64,000 nucleotides of DNA from an uncultured Gemmataceae bacterium (lineage in GTDB: Bacteria > Planctomycetota > Planctomycetia > Gemmatales > Gemmataceae), in the NCBI GenBank assembly GCA_963750165.1, contig CAVVPN010000011.1, positions 1,664,001-1,728,000 of the forward strand, read 5' to 3'. Positions 19,241-29,070 of this stretch are shown in pieces; within the stretch, counting starts at the first letter, position 1, and every line of letters begins with the position of its first letter. The position numbers and the translations under genes were made by a program. The notes under the pieces were generated by a model, which did not search any database, had not been told where the DNA came from, and worked only from the letters and a program-made list of their open reading frames with translations.

Positions 19241-19951
19241 TCAGCGGAAGTCGTGCCATTCGCCGTCGGAATCGAGGAGCTGGTTGGGAGTGAACTGCGC
19301 CTTGTACGCCATCGTCTGGGCGCCGACCACGTAATAGCCGAGGTAAACGTGCGGCAGGCCGCGGGCGGCGGCGGCGGCGAGCAGGTTGAGCACGTTCCAG
19401 GTGCCCAGCGAGCGGTGCCGCAGTTCCGGCTCGTAAAAGAAGTAGATGGCGGACAGGCCAGCCGGCAGGTCGTCCACGTAGCCAACCGCGATCAGCCGAC
19501 CGCCGAGGTAATAGCACCACTCCTGCGTCGGGAAGGGGTTGTCCACGAACGACTGGGCGTAGCCGGCGGCGTCCTTGGCGGGGTGCAGCGGCCAGCCCTT
19601 GGCGTCGGCCTGGAAGGCGTGGTAGCGGTCGTACAGCATTAGCTTGGCCCGCGTCACGGCCGGAGCGCCGACGCGGACTTCCACCTGGCCCGCGTTGGTT
19701 CGGGCGGCGCGACGCTGACTGCGGTCGGGCCGGAAGCGCTCGACTTGGACGCGCAGGGATCGGCAGGCGTTGCATTGCCGGCAGCGCGGCCGGAACAGCA
19801 TCGCTCCGAAGCGGCGCCAGCCAGCGGTCAGGCGTTCCTGGTATTCCGCCGCCGTCTGGTCGCTGACCAGCTCGTACTCCATGCTCCAGCGCTGGCCCGG
19901 CAGGTAGCCGCAGGGGCTGGGCTCGGCGACGAAATGGAGCACGGATTCCAT
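19241..19951 (-). CDS. bpt: Aspartate/glutamate leucyltransferase (Bpt, ATE-family)
   Basis: PCGYLP, GWRRFG..FRPRC..CNAC.SLR, F.PDRSQRR, LSAIYFFYEP...RSLGTW, YLGYYV...MAYK. Confidence 0.9.
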   Translation of the reverse strand: MESVLHFVAEPSPCGYLPGQRWSMEYELVSDQTAAEYQERLTAGWRRFGAMLFRPRCRQCNACRSLRVQVERFRPDRSQRRAARTNAGQVEVRVGAPAVTRAKLMLYDRYHAFQADAKGWPLHPAKDAAGYAQSFVDNPFPTQEWCYYLGGRLIAVGYVDDLPAGLSAIYFFYEPELRHRSLGTWNVLNLLAAAAARGLPHVYLGYYVVGAQTMAYKAQFTPNQLLDSDGEWHDFR

Positions 19952-19964
19952 GAGGCTTTGCCTC

Positions 19965-20041
19965 CAGAAGTCAGAAGTCAGTCCGTCTTTTCTGCCGCTT
20001 GCGGTTTAGCGTTAATCTCTGACCTCTGACTTCTGACTTCT
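19965..20041. repeat. Inverted heptamer array (CAGAAGT)n/(TCTGACT)n
   Basis: cagaagtcagaagtcag...ctctgacctctgacttctgacttct, enclosing gccgcttgcgg. Confidence 0.75.
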
Positions 20042-20990
20042 ACTCGAACAACATACTGACCGACTCATTGAAATGGATGCGCTTGATGGCGTCGGCCAGC
20101 AGCGGCGCGACGCTCAGCACCTTGATACGCGGCAGTTGCTTTTCGGGTGTCAGCGGGATGCTGTCGGAGATGATGACCTGCTTGATCGGCGAGTCGCGCA
20201 GCCGGTCGATGGCCGGGCCGCACAGGACGCCGTGCGTGGCGCAGGCGTAGATCTCGCGAGCGCCGTTGACGCGGGCGACGTTGGCGGCGCCGATGATGCT
20301 GCCGGCGGTCGAGATCATGTCGTCGAAGATGACCGCGACCTTGCCCTCCAGCGAACTGCCGATCAGGTTGGCCTGCTTGGTATCGACGGCACTGCTGCGG
20401 CGCTTGTCCACGATGGCGATGGCACCGCTGAGCCGCTTCTGGTAGAGCAGGCTCTTCTTGATACTGCCCTCGTCGGGGGCGAGCACCACGAAGTCGCGCG
20501 GCGAGATGTTCAGGCTGCGGACGTATTCGCTGATGACCGGGTTGGCGTGCAGGTGATCGACGGGGATGTCGAAGAAGCCCTGCAACTGGGCGGCGTGCAG
20601 GTCGAGGGCGAGCACCCGGCTGGCGCCCGCGGCGGTGATCAGATCCGCGACCAGCTTGGCGGTGATGGGCACACGGCCGACATCCTTGCGGTCCTGGCGG
20701 GCGTAGCCGTAGTACGGCAGCACTGCGGTGACGCGGGCGGCGCTGGCGCGTTTGAGGCTGTCCAGGATGATGAGCAGCTCCATCAGGTTTTCGTTGACCG
20801 GCGGGCAGGTCGGCTGCACGACGAACACGTCGCGGCCGCGCACATCTTCGTCGATCTTGCACCAGGTTTCGCCGTCCGGGAAGTTCTGCAGCGTGATCTT
20901 GCCGAGCGGATCGCCCAGACAGCCGGCGATCTTCTCGGCCAGGGGCACGTTGGCTCGACCGCTGAACACCTTCAAAATGTTGTTGTTCAT
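20040..20990 (-). CDS. prs: Ribose-phosphate pyrophosphokinase
   Basis: FPDGE, PYYGYARQDRK, DLHAAQLQGFF, PDEG, DDMISTAGS, ATHGV. Confidence 0.96.
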   Translation of the reverse strand: MNNNILKVFSGRANVPLAEKIAGCLGDPLGKITLQNFPDGETWCKIDEDVRGRDVFVVQPTCPPVNENLMELLIILDSLKRASAARVTAVLPYYGYARQDRKDVGRVPITAKLVADLITAAGASRVLALDLHAAQLQGFFDIPVDHLHANPVISEYVRSLNISPRDFVVLAPDEGSIKKSLLYQKRLSGAIAIVDKRRSSAVDTKQANLIGSSLEGKVAVIFDDMISTAGSIIGAANVARVNGAREIYACATHGVLCGPAIDRLRDSPIKQVIISDSIPLTPEKQLPRIKVLSVAPLLADAIKRIHFNESVSMLFE

Positions 20991-20991
20991 T

Positions 20992-21091
20992 TGTCCGTGG
21001 TCCGTGGTCCGTGGTCCGTGGCCATTGGCATTTTACGCCATCTTCTTCTCCACCTGCAACCTACTTCACAACGGACCACCGACCACGGACA
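20992..21091. repeat. Inverted heptamer array (GTCCGTG)n/(CCACGGA)n
   Basis: tgtccgtggtccgtggtccgtggtccgtgg...cggaccaccgaccacggaca; abuts the prs start codon. Confidence 0.8.
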
Positions 21092-21094
21092 AAG

Positions 21095-22273
21095 TTATCC
21101 CATCACCCCATAGGCATACGGCGTCTTGACGGGATCGTTCTCCTCAAAGCGCGTCAGCCGCAGCGGGCGGATGTCCAGTGTGGACGCCTGACCGTCGAGC
21201 ACCAGTTCCGCCATGAGTTGGCCGACAACCGGCGACAGCTTGAAGCCGTGGCCGCTGAAGCCGACGGCGCAGTAGCCGCCCTCCAGGCCCGGCAGCCGGT
21301 CGAGGATCGGGTGCCAGTCTGGCGTGATGCCGTACAGCGCCCCAAAGCCGCCGCGGCCGTAACTGCGGTGCATGGCCGGGTAGCGCCGGCTCAGGCGCTG
21401 ACGGATGGTCGGCAGCCAGTCGCCGTCCGCGGCCTCGTTGTAGTTGTCGGGGTCCACCGGGTCCTGCACTTCCTCACCCGCCAGGCTGCCGGCGTGGATG
21501 ATGTCGCCGTGCGTCGGCTTGAAATAGATGCCCTGCACAAAGTCGCCGTAGACGGCACAGCGGCGGCCGAAGTCCGCTGGCCGGCGGTACAGCGCCACCT
21601 GCGTGCGGCACGCCTGCACCGGCAGCTTGAAGCCCGCGTCCTTCGCCAGCTGGGCGGCCCACGGCCCGGTGGCCAGGATGACGCGGCCGCTGTGGTAGCG
21701 GCCCTCGTTGGTGTCCACGCCGACGACGCGATTACCTTCGACCAGCAGCCGCTGCACCTCGACGCCCTGGCGGATGTCGGCGGCCTCGTGGCGAGCGGCC
21801 TCGGCGAAGGACGCGACCACCTGCACCGCTTCGACGAAGCCGGCCTCGGACTCGAACGCTGCCAGTTCGTCCTCTGCCAGACGGGCATTGGGGTCGATCT
21901 CCAGCAACTCCTGGCCGGAGAGCAGGCGCACGTCGATACCCAACTCGCGCTGCAGAGCGATGTTGGCCTGCAGGCCGGCACGGTCGCGCTCGTTGACGAC
22001 GATGACCATGCCGGTGTGCGTAAACACAGGCGGACCGCCGATCAGGTCGGAGAAGTGCTCGAAGACGCGCAGGCTCTTCTGGGCCATGGCCGCGGTCAGG
22101 CGGTTGGAGTAGTGCTGGCGGACGATGGCCCCGGACTTGCCGCTGGAGCCGGCGCCGAGGAAGCACTTTTCCAGCAGGATGACGCGGCCGGCGTGCCGCC
22201 GCGCCAGCGCGTGGGCAATGCTGGCGCCGATGACGCCGCCGCCGACGATGAGGAAATCACAGGTGACCGCCAT
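21095..22273 (-). CDS. FAD-dependent oxidoreductase, DAO/sarcosine oxidase beta family
   Basis: IVGGGVIG, GAGSSGKSGAIVR, ATGPW, YGITPDWHP, GFSGHGFKLSP. Confidence 0.9.
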   Translation of the reverse strand: MAVTCDFLIVGGGVIGASIAHALARRHAGRVILLEKCFLGAGSSGKSGAIVRQHYSNRLTAAMAQKSLRVFEHFSDLIGGPPVFTHTGMVIVVNERDRAGLQANIALQRELGIDVRLLSGQELLEIDPNARLAEDELAAFESEAGFVEAVQVVASFAEAARHEAADIRQGVEVQRLLVEGNRVVGVDTNEGRYHSGRVILATGPWAAQLAKDAGFKLPVQACRTQVALYRRPADFGRRCAVYGDFVQGIYFKPTHGDIIHAGSLAGEEVQDPVDPDNYNEAADGDWLPTIRQRLSRRYPAMHRSYGRGGFGALYGITPDWHPILDRLPGLEGGYCAVGFSGHGFKLSPVVGQLMAELVLDGQASTLDIRPLRLTRFEENDPVKTPYAYGVMG

Positions 22274-22324
22274 GCAACCACTCCTCCGCCCCGCCGTGAA
22301 GGTCAGGAAGTGATTGTAAACGAA

Positions 22325-22464
22325 TTTAGCCACAGAGGACACCGAGAACACCGAGAGAGGAAAAGAGAACAAGTTGGACCATCCGCGCCCCCACGCGAAG
22401 GCTGGGATGCTGCCACCCGTTCTCGCTTTCTCTCTCGGTGTTCTCGGTGTCCTCTGTGGCTAAA
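22325..22464. repeat. Inverted nonamer array with perfect 35-bp arms
   Basis: tttagccacagaggacaccgagaacaccgagagag / ctctctcggtgttctcggtgtcctctgtggctaaa. Confidence 0.9.
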
Positions 22465-22494
22465 GCGGATTGCGGTTGGGTGTAGCGGTCTGGG

Positions 22495-22553
22495 GTAGGT
22501 GCCGCGAGCCGAGCGGCACCCGCTGGGGGTCCGGCTCGGCTCGCCGGACCTAC
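22495..22553. repeat. GTAG-type REP dimer
   Basis: gtaggtgccgcgagccgagcggcacc...ggtccggctcggctcgccggacctac. Confidence 0.7.
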
Positions 22554-22597
22554 TACCCGCTACACGCACCTGCAAACCGCGCTAATTCCCAGTCCTC

Positions 22598-22972
22598 TTA
22601 CGCCGCCCGCGGCATGGTGAACTGCGCCTGCACCGGCTGTTCCAGCAGATACCACAGGTCGGTGCCCATCGCCCGAAGCAGCGGCGCCAGGGCGCTGGTC
22701 ATCAGTTGCACGCGCGACAGGTGTGACCAGTTCAGGCAGGTCTGGTTCCACAGCACACGCACCGCGTAGGCGTCGGCGCCGCGGCGGACGATGCGGATGC
22801 TGAAATGTTCCGGTGGTGGTCCGATCAGGCACAGGTTCTCCGGCAGATACCAGCGCCGCTCCGCCTCGCCGGGGGCGCTGGCGTCCCAGCGCAGGCTCAT
22901 GGCCGGCACATGCGGCTCGAAACTGGTGTCTACGTAACACTGGGTAATTTCCGGCGCTGGTAGTGAGTGCAT
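22598..22972 (-). CDS. Hypothetical protein
   Basis: MHSLPAPEITQCYVDTSFEP... after AGAAGGG; coding-like composition; no family recognised. Confidence 0.6.
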   Translation of the reverse strand: MHSLPAPEITQCYVDTSFEPHVPAMSLRWDASAPGEAERRWYLPENLCLIGPPPEHFSIRIVRRGADAYAVRVLWNQTCLNWSHLSRVQLMTSALAPLLRAMGTDLWYLLEQPVQAQFTMPRAA

Positions 22973-23243
22973 CGCCCTTCTCCCGGGACTGACGGCCTCC
23001 CGCGCCGTCCGATTGGTCCCGGGGATATGCGGTCGGCGGCCCATCCTGTCAAGGGCAGGCTGTTCGTTTCTTCCTCCCGTTTGGTGGGACTCCCGGACGG
23101 CGCGGCGTTCTGGGTTGTGGGTGGGGAGTCTGCGCGTCCCCTGGGGTTGTCAGGGGGTCTGTGAGATGAGACGAGACGAAAGCCTTCCCTGGCACCTACC
23201 TCTATCATACGGCCCAGCCCGCTCCCGGGGAACGACACTGGCG

Positions 23244-24778
23244 TCAGCCCTGGCGCATCCGCGCCTCGACCTGGGTGCGCAGGCGGACGAAGGCGTTGGC
23301 GCAGGTGGGGTCGAAGTGCGTACCGGCGTGGGCCACGATTTCGCCGAACGCCACGTCCACCGACAACGCCCGCCGATAGGGTCGGTCCGAGGTCATGGCG
23401 TCGAAGGCGTCGGCCACCGCCACCACCCGCGCTGTCTGGGCGATCTGCTCGCGGGCCAGGCCATCCGGGTAGCCGCGGCCGTCCCAGCGTTCGTGATGGT
23501 TGCGTACGATCGGGATCACCGGCGCCAGCGCGGCCACCGACTGCAGGATGTTGGCGCCCAGCACCGTGTGCTGCTTCATGCGCTCGAACTCCGCCTCGGT
23601 CAGCCGATCCGCCTTGCGCAGGATGGCGTCGTCGATGCCGATCTTGCCGATGTCGTGCAGCGGGGCGCCGATCTCGATGTGGTAGCGATCCGCCGGCGCC
23701 AGCCGCAGCGCGTCGGCCAGCAGCAGCGAATAATCGGTCACGCGGAGGGTGTGTTCGCCGGTGTACGAGTCGCGGATGTCCACGGTGTGCGCCAGGGCGG
23801 TCACCGTCTGCAGGAACTGGTTGCGCTCCTGCTCGACCAGCTGGGCGCTCTCGATGCCGACCGCCACGGTTGCGGCCAGGGCGTCGGCCAGGTAGAAGTC
23901 GGACTCGTCGAACGGGTCCTGGAACGGGCCGCGGTCCAGCTGCAGCACGCCGACCTGGCGGCGCGGCGAACGCAACGGGCGCAGATGATCGAGGCCATGG
24001 CGCCGCGCTGAACGCTCTGGGCGCCGCGCAGGTCCTGCTCGGTGTTGGCGTCGCGGCACAGGATCGATTCGCCGGACTTGAAGCAGCGTTCGGCCAGGGT
24101 CTGGCTGTGGGTGCGGGTGTTGCTGCGGTTCAGGCCGGGGGCCAGGGACACGATGAGTTTGAGCACTCCGGTCGTGGGGTCCGCCAGCAGGATCGAGCCG
24201 CGTTGCGCCTGCACCGCCTTGATGGCGTCGGTCAGGATGGAGCGCAGCAGTTCATCGAGCGAGGCGATGCGGCCGACGTGGAAGCCGGTGCGCAGCAGCG
24301 TCAGCAGGTGATGGGTGTTGGTCGGCCGCGACTGGTCAAGGGTGACGATTTCCAGGGCCTCTTCCCAGGTGCGCTGGGCCTTGGCCTGGACCTTCATGAA
24401 CACGCCGCTGGCGCGGATGTGGTCGGGGTGCGGCCCCTCAGCGGACGGCGGCGGGGTCAACTCCGGGATTTCGAGGGTGGCGACCTTGAGCGTCATACTG
24501 CCGCACTGCAACAGGTCATTGGGCCGCAACTGCTGGTCGGTGCGGCCGACGCGGACGCCGTTGACCAGCGTCGCGTAGCGCTCCTGGTTGGCCAGGTCGC
24601 GCACCACCCAGCGCGGGCCGGTGGCGACCACCTCGGCGTGCTGACGAAAAACAGACGGGTCATCCAGGAAGATGTCGGCGCTGGCCTGCCGGCCGATGCG
24701 CAGCACGCTCTCGGATTCCCACTGCAAGCCGTTCACCTTGGGACTGACGCCGGCCAGCACGATGCGAGGCTGTGCCAT
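23244..24778 (-). CDS. FHA-GAF-HD-GYP cyclic dinucleotide phosphodiesterase, frameshifted near 23978
   Basis: FHA IGRQ..ADIFLDDPSVFRQHA...VNG; GAF ASIICA(P)LRSPRRQVGVLQLDR; HD-GYP LHDIGKIG, HHERWDGRGYP, ADAFDAMTSDRPYR; one C missing from GCC CCG. Confidence 0.88.
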
Positions 24779-24916
24779 ACTACCACGATCCCTTCCGGGG
24801 AGGGGGGGACATTTCAGGGGCACACCGAGAAACTATAGCTCACGGCCCCTTCGCCTCCAAATGGGGTGCGCACTTTCTGGCCCGTCCTGAATCCCCACAG
24901 CGCTCGGGCTCCGACT

Positions 24917-25915
24917 TCAGCACCAGCGCTGCTTGTCCACGACGTTGCGCAGCGGTTGGCCGGCGACGAAGCGGCGCAGGTTGTCCAGCAGCGTTTCCAG
25001 ATGCCGCTCCGGCACGCGCGTCGAGGCGGCGGCGCAGTGCGGCGTCAGGATGACGTTCTCCATGCTCCAGAGTGGGTGTCCCGACGGCAGCGGTTCGACC
25101 TCGAACACATCAAGGCCGGCGCCGGCGATCTCGCCCGCCTGCAGCGCCGCCGTCAGGTCCGCCAGATCGACGATGACGCCGCGGCCAACGTTGATGAGGA
25201 AGGCGGTGCGCTTCATGCGCCGCAGCCGGTCGCGGTTGAAGAGCTTGTACGTTTCCGGCGTGTGCGGCGCGGCGATCACCACGAAATCGCTTGCAGCCAG
25301 CAACTCGTCCAGGCGGTCGGGCCGCCACAGGGTCACGCCCGGCGGTGCCGCCCCGGCCGTCGGATCGACGCCGAGCACACGCATGCCGAACGCCAGGCCG
25401 CGGCGGGCCGTCTCGGCGCCGATGCCGCCCAGGCCGACGACGCCGAGCGTGCAGTCGGCCAGGGTGATGGCTTCGCGGTCGGACGGATCGATCTCGCCGG
25501 GGCCGCCGTAACCCGGCAGCGCGTTCTCCGGCTTGCCGAGCATCCGCCAGAGGCCGCGCTGCTGTTGACGGATGTAAATGTGAAAATTCTTTGCGAAGCA
25601 CAGGATGAAGCCGAACACGTGGTCCGCGATCACGTCGCTGAAGATGCCGCGCATATTGGTGACGACGACCGGCGCCGCGACCAGTTCGGGGAAGAGGTAC
25701 TTTTCCATGCTGGCGGTCGGCGCCTGGACCCAGCGCAACCGCGGGGCGGCGCGGAGCAGGGCCGGCGTCAGGTAGCCGAACAGGGCGTCGGCGTCGGCGC
25801 TGGCGGCGACCGCGGCGGCCTCATCGGCGGCTTGCACGACCGCCATCGGCGCGGCGGCGCCGCGGATTTTCTCCAGGCGGTGCTCGGAAACAGTGGGGTG
25901 GATGACGAGTTTCAT
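24917..25915 (-). CDS. D-2-hydroxyacid dehydrogenase family protein
   Basis: VGLGGIG, PHTPET, INVGRG, AGLDVFEVEPL, TPHCAA. Confidence 0.92.
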   Translation of the reverse strand: MKLVIHPTVSEHRLEKIRGAAAPMAVVQAADEAAAVAASADADALFGYLTPALLRAAPRLRWVQAPTASMEKYLFPELVAAPVVVTNMRGIFSDVIADHVFGFILCFAKNFHIYIRQQQRGLWRMLGKPENALPGYGGPGEIDPSDREAITLADCTLGVVGLGGIGAETARRGLAFGMRVLGVDPTAGAAPPGVTLWRPDRLDELLAASDFVVIAAPHTPETYKLFNRDRLRRMKRTAFLINVGRGVIVDLADLTAALQAGEIAGAGLDVFEVEPLPSGHPLWSMENVILTPHCAAASTRVPERHLETLLDNLRRFVAGQPLRNVVDKQRWC

Positions 25916-26065
25916 GGTCGGCAGTCGGTCCTGGGGTTGGGGCGACAACGATTGTGGTAGCGGTTTTGGAAGCCGCTGGCGAGCAATCCGCCGATCCGCG
26001 CTCGCCGTCGAATGGATGGAATGGTAACATGATGGCCAATCAATCCGCCGCTGGGGGACCGATCC

Positions 26066-27439
26066 ATGCCTGAGAAAGAACTGCTGGCCGGGGCCGCGAC
26101 CGCGGTCATCACGCCGAACCTGGGCGTGTCCGTGTGCGGCTCCATGCAGGACCGCCGCGCCGAGAACATCCACGACGACCTGACCGCCCGCGCCCTGGTG
26201 CTCGACAACGGCGAGACGCGCATCGCCCTGGTGCTGCTCGATCTGATCGCCGCCCGCAAGGAGTGGCTCGGCGAGATCAAGCATTTAATCCACGGCTACA
26301 CCAAGATTCCCCTGTCGAACATCCTCATTAGCTGCACGCACACGCACAGTGCCGTGACGCCGGTGGACGTGTTCCAGAGCAACACCGACACTACATACCT
26401 GAAGTGGGCGGCACCGCGCGTGGCGGACTGCGTGCGCGTGGCGGTGCGGCGGCTGCAGCCGGCGCGGATCGGCTGGGCCATCGGCCGTGAGGACCGCGTC
26501 GTCTTCAACCGCCGCTACTTCATGACCGACCAGAAGCTGCCAAGCCCGTTCCCCGGCCAGACGGATCGCGTGCGCATGAACCCGAGCGTCGGCAACAAGA
26601 ACATCGTCCGTCCCGCCGGTCCCATCGACCCGGACGTGGCGGTGCTCGCGGTGCAGAAGGCCAGCAACCCCGATGGTCAGCCGCTGGCCCTGTACGCCAG
26701 CTACGCCCTGCACTACGTCGGCGGCAACCCAGGCACTGACGTTTCGGCGGACTACTTTGGCGTCGTGGCGGACCTGCTGCACGAGAAGCTGGGGGCGCCG
26801 CGCCGCGACCCAACACAGCCCTTCGTCGGCATGCTGGCCAACGCCTGTTTCGGCGACATCAACAACATCGACGTGCGCCGCACCACACCACAGCCGTACA
26901 TCTATCACCAGATGTTCCAGGTCGCTGACATCGTGGCCGAGGCCATCGCGACGGCGTTTCGCGGCATCCGCTACCGGCCGTGGGTGCCGCTGCGGGCACT
27001 GGAGCAGTCGCTGGACCTGGCAGTGCGCAAGCCGACGGAGAAGGAAGTGCAGGCGGCGCGCGAGATTCTGCAGCGGGCGCCGCAGGGACCGCTGCGGACG
27101 TTGCCGGAGATTTACGCCCGTGAGACGGTGCAGCTGGCGGAGTGGAAGCCGCGCTTCCAGACGCCGGTGCAGTCGTTCCGCATTGGCGATCTGGGCCTGG
27201 TAGCGCTGCCGGGCGAACCGTTCTGCCAGACGGGCCTGAACATCAAGGCCAAGAGCCCGTTCAAGCAGACGATGCTGGTCGGCATGGCCAACGACTACGC
27301 CGGCTACCTGCCGACAGAGGAGCAGCACGCGCTGGGCGGTTACGAGACGTGGCGGGCCAAGTCCAGTTTCCTGGAGGTTAAGGCGGCGTCGGTGATTCAG
27401 GACGCGGCCCTGGGGCTGCTGGGCAAAGTGGTGAAGTGA
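26066..27439 (+). CDS. Neutral/alkaline ceramidase-like metallohydrolase
   Basis: IHDDLTARALVL, ISCTHTHS, FNRR, GPIDPDV, YALHY, SADYFG, LPGEPF, ANDYAGYLP..GGYET. Confidence 0.8.
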   Translation: MPEKELLAGAATAVITPNLGVSVCGSMQDRRAENIHDDLTARALVLDNGETRIALVLLDLIAARKEWLGEIKHLIHGYTKIPLSNILISCTHTHSAVTPVDVFQSNTDTTYLKWAAPRVADCVRVAVRRLQPARIGWAIGREDRVVFNRRYFMTDQKLPSPFPGQTDRVRMNPSVGNKNIVRPAGPIDPDVAVLAVQKASNPDGQPLALYASYALHYVGGNPGTDVSADYFGVVADLLHEKLGAPRRDPTQPFVGMLANACFGDINNIDVRRTTPQPYIYHQMFQVADIVAEAIATAFRGIRYRPWVPLRALEQSLDLAVRKPTEKEVQAAREILQRAPQGPLRTLPEIYARETVQLAEWKPRFQTPVQSFRIGDLGLVALPGEPFCQTGLNIKAKSPFKQTMLVGMANDYAGYLPTEEQHALGGYETWRAKSSFLEVKAASVIQDAALGLLGKVVK

Positions 27440-27659
27440 CTTCCGAGTTTGGCTCCTTTGCACGCAGGTCGATGAAGGCTTCGGAGACTATTCAAGCGAC
27501 TCCGGTTGTAGACTTTGCGGATTTTGGCGTGCGTTACTTGCTATTTGGCTGCCGGGTGGTTACGTTCTCCGGCAATGTGGATGCTCTACCGCGGGAAATC
27601 ATTCCCAAAGACCCCCAGCCGGATCTACCGTAGGGGTAATTTCCGATGAGGAAGACGCC

Positions 27660-28169
27660 ATGCGAACAGCGCTTTTTTGGATAGAGGGGCCCTGGCGTGG
27701 CCGCTTGGCGATCATGCCGCGCCCACGCGGTGGTGACTGGCTTGAAGAGGAAGTCCAGGCGTGGCGCCAATCCGATATCGATGTGGTAGTCTCTCTCCTG
27801 ACACCCGATGAACATGCGGAGTTGAATTTGGCCGAGGAAGGAAACTTGTGTCGGGCAAACGGCATTGAGTTTGTGTCTTTCTCGATCATCGACCGATCTG
27901 TTCCTTCGTCGATGGAGGCGTTTTCGGATCTGGTAACAGCGCTCGCTCGGCAACTCGCGAACGGAAAGAACATCGCGGTTCATTGCCGGCAAGGTATTGG
28001 AAGAGCGGGCTTAGTCGCGATCTGTCTGCTCATCTTGTCCGGTGTAGAGCAAGGCGCGGCTATCGCGCGGGTTGGTTCGGCACGAGGTTGTTCCGTTCCC
28101 GAAACGCCCGAGCAACAACGATGGATCGCAGACTTCGCGAAGTCACTGGTAGTCCAGCTTCCAAGGTAG
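27660..28169 (+). CDS. Dual-specificity/tyrosine protein phosphatase (CX5R)
   Basis: VHCRQGIGRAG, IIDRSVP, VPETPEQ; visibly lower GC3 than the flanking genes. Confidence 0.88.
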   Translation: MRTALFWIEGPWRGRLAIMPRPRGGDWLEEEVQAWRQSDIDVVVSLLTPDEHAELNLAEEGNLCRANGIEFVSFSIIDRSVPSSMEAFSDLVTALARQLANGKNIAVHCRQGIGRAGLVAICLLILSGVEQGAAIARVGSARGCSVPETPEQQRWIADFAKSLVVQLPR

Positions 28170-28175
28170 CCAACC

Positions 28176-28290
28176 GGCCGAACCGGGCGCTGCAGTCGAT
28201 CAGGCGCTGCGTCTGACCGGGGCCGCAGGTCGTCTTTCTCAGAGTCCAAGCTGCTGGGGCGGCCCGGCAGGTGGGCCTGGTCGTTCGGCC
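28176..28290 (+). mobile_element. attC-like integron recombination site (degenerate)
   Basis: Ends GGCCGAAC (28176-28183) and GTTCGGCC (28283-28290) are exact complements; inner arms ctgaccggggccgc / gcggcccggcag; starts 7 bp after the phosphatase stop. Confidence 0.55.
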
Positions 28291-28323
28291 GCGTCGGAGG
28301 TCGGTCCCTGGGCGAACGCCACC

Positions 28324-28370
28324 TTGGCTCGTCGGGGCGGTCTCTCCTACAATACGTGCAGTAACACGTG
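28324..28370 (+). promoter_or_regulatory. TA promoter with palindromic operator
   Basis: TTGGCT-N18-TACAAT, followed immediately by ACGTG-cagtaa-CACGT (28354-28369). Confidence 0.55.
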
Positions 28371-28385
28371 TTCTCGGAGGGCGCC

Positions 28386-28616
28386 ATGCAGAAGAAGTTG
28401 ACCATCACTATCGACGAACGCGTTTATGACGGCCTCCACGCTGTCATCGGCCGGCGGCGCATCAGCCAGTTCATCGAGTCCCTCGTCCGGCCCCACGTCA
28501 TCGGCAAGGATCTGGAGGTTGCCTACGAGCAGATGGCCCGGGACGAGGCACGCGAGGCCGAGGCGCTGGCCTGGGCTGAGGCTACCGTGGGGGACGTGGC
28601 CGATGAAGCGCGGTGA
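28386..28616 (+). CDS. Type II antitoxin (RHH-like)
   Basis: MQKKLTITIDERVYDGL...RISQFIESLV; acidic C-terminus; overlaps the toxin start. Confidence 0.8.
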   Translation: MQKKLTITIDERVYDGLHAVIGRRRISQFIESLVRPHVIGKDLEVAYEQMARDEAREAEALAWAEATVGDVADEAR

Positions 28617-28926
28617 GGTCTGGTGGGTCAACTTCGAGCCCGCCGTCGGCGGCGAGGTGCGCAAGGAGCGGCCCGCGGTGATCGTAAGCAACGACGCCTC
28701 CAACAAGCACCTCAAGCGCGTGCAGATGGTGCCGCTGACCACCAACGTGGATCGAGTCTACCCCAGCGAGGCGTTGGTCAAGGTCCGCGGCAAGAAACAC
28801 AAAGCCATGGCGGACCAGCTAACGACGGTGAGCAAGACCCGCCTGGAGAACCACGTGGGCCGGCTGTCCAAGGCGGACATGCAAGCGGTCGAGCAGGCCA
28901 TCAAAGTTCAGTTGGAGTTGCCCTGA
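28603..28926 (+). CDS. mazF: Type II toxin, PemK/MazF family endoribonuclease
   Basis: MKRGEVWWVNFEPAVGGEVRKERPAVIVSND...VPLTT...ADQLTTVSKTRL. Confidence 0.92.
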   Translation: MKRGEVWWVNFEPAVGGEVRKERPAVIVSNDASNKHLKRVQMVPLTTNVDRVYPSEALVKVRGKKHKAMADQLTTVSKTRLENHVGRLSKADMQAVEQAIKVQLELP

Positions 28927-29043
28927 CTCCGCGAGGGTGGACCGCCCCATCTGCCGTCAAGCGTTCACAGGTGAGTCGAAATGGATACGCCCAGGTCAAC
29001 CGGCCCGCACGTGAACTTCGTTGTTAAGCAGACGATAGACACC

Positions 29044-29069
29044 CGGCCACGGACCACGGACCACGGACA
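29044..29069 (+). repeat. (CCACGGA)n heptamer array immediately upstream of the amidase ATG
   Basis: cggccacggaccacggaccacggacac-ATG. Confidence 0.7.
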
Positions 29070-29070
29070 C

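Noticed and set aside
27436..27633. 65-aa low-GC ORF before the phosphatase
   Set aside because: No recognisable family or RBS; it may be a cassette remnant but cannot be supported as a gene.
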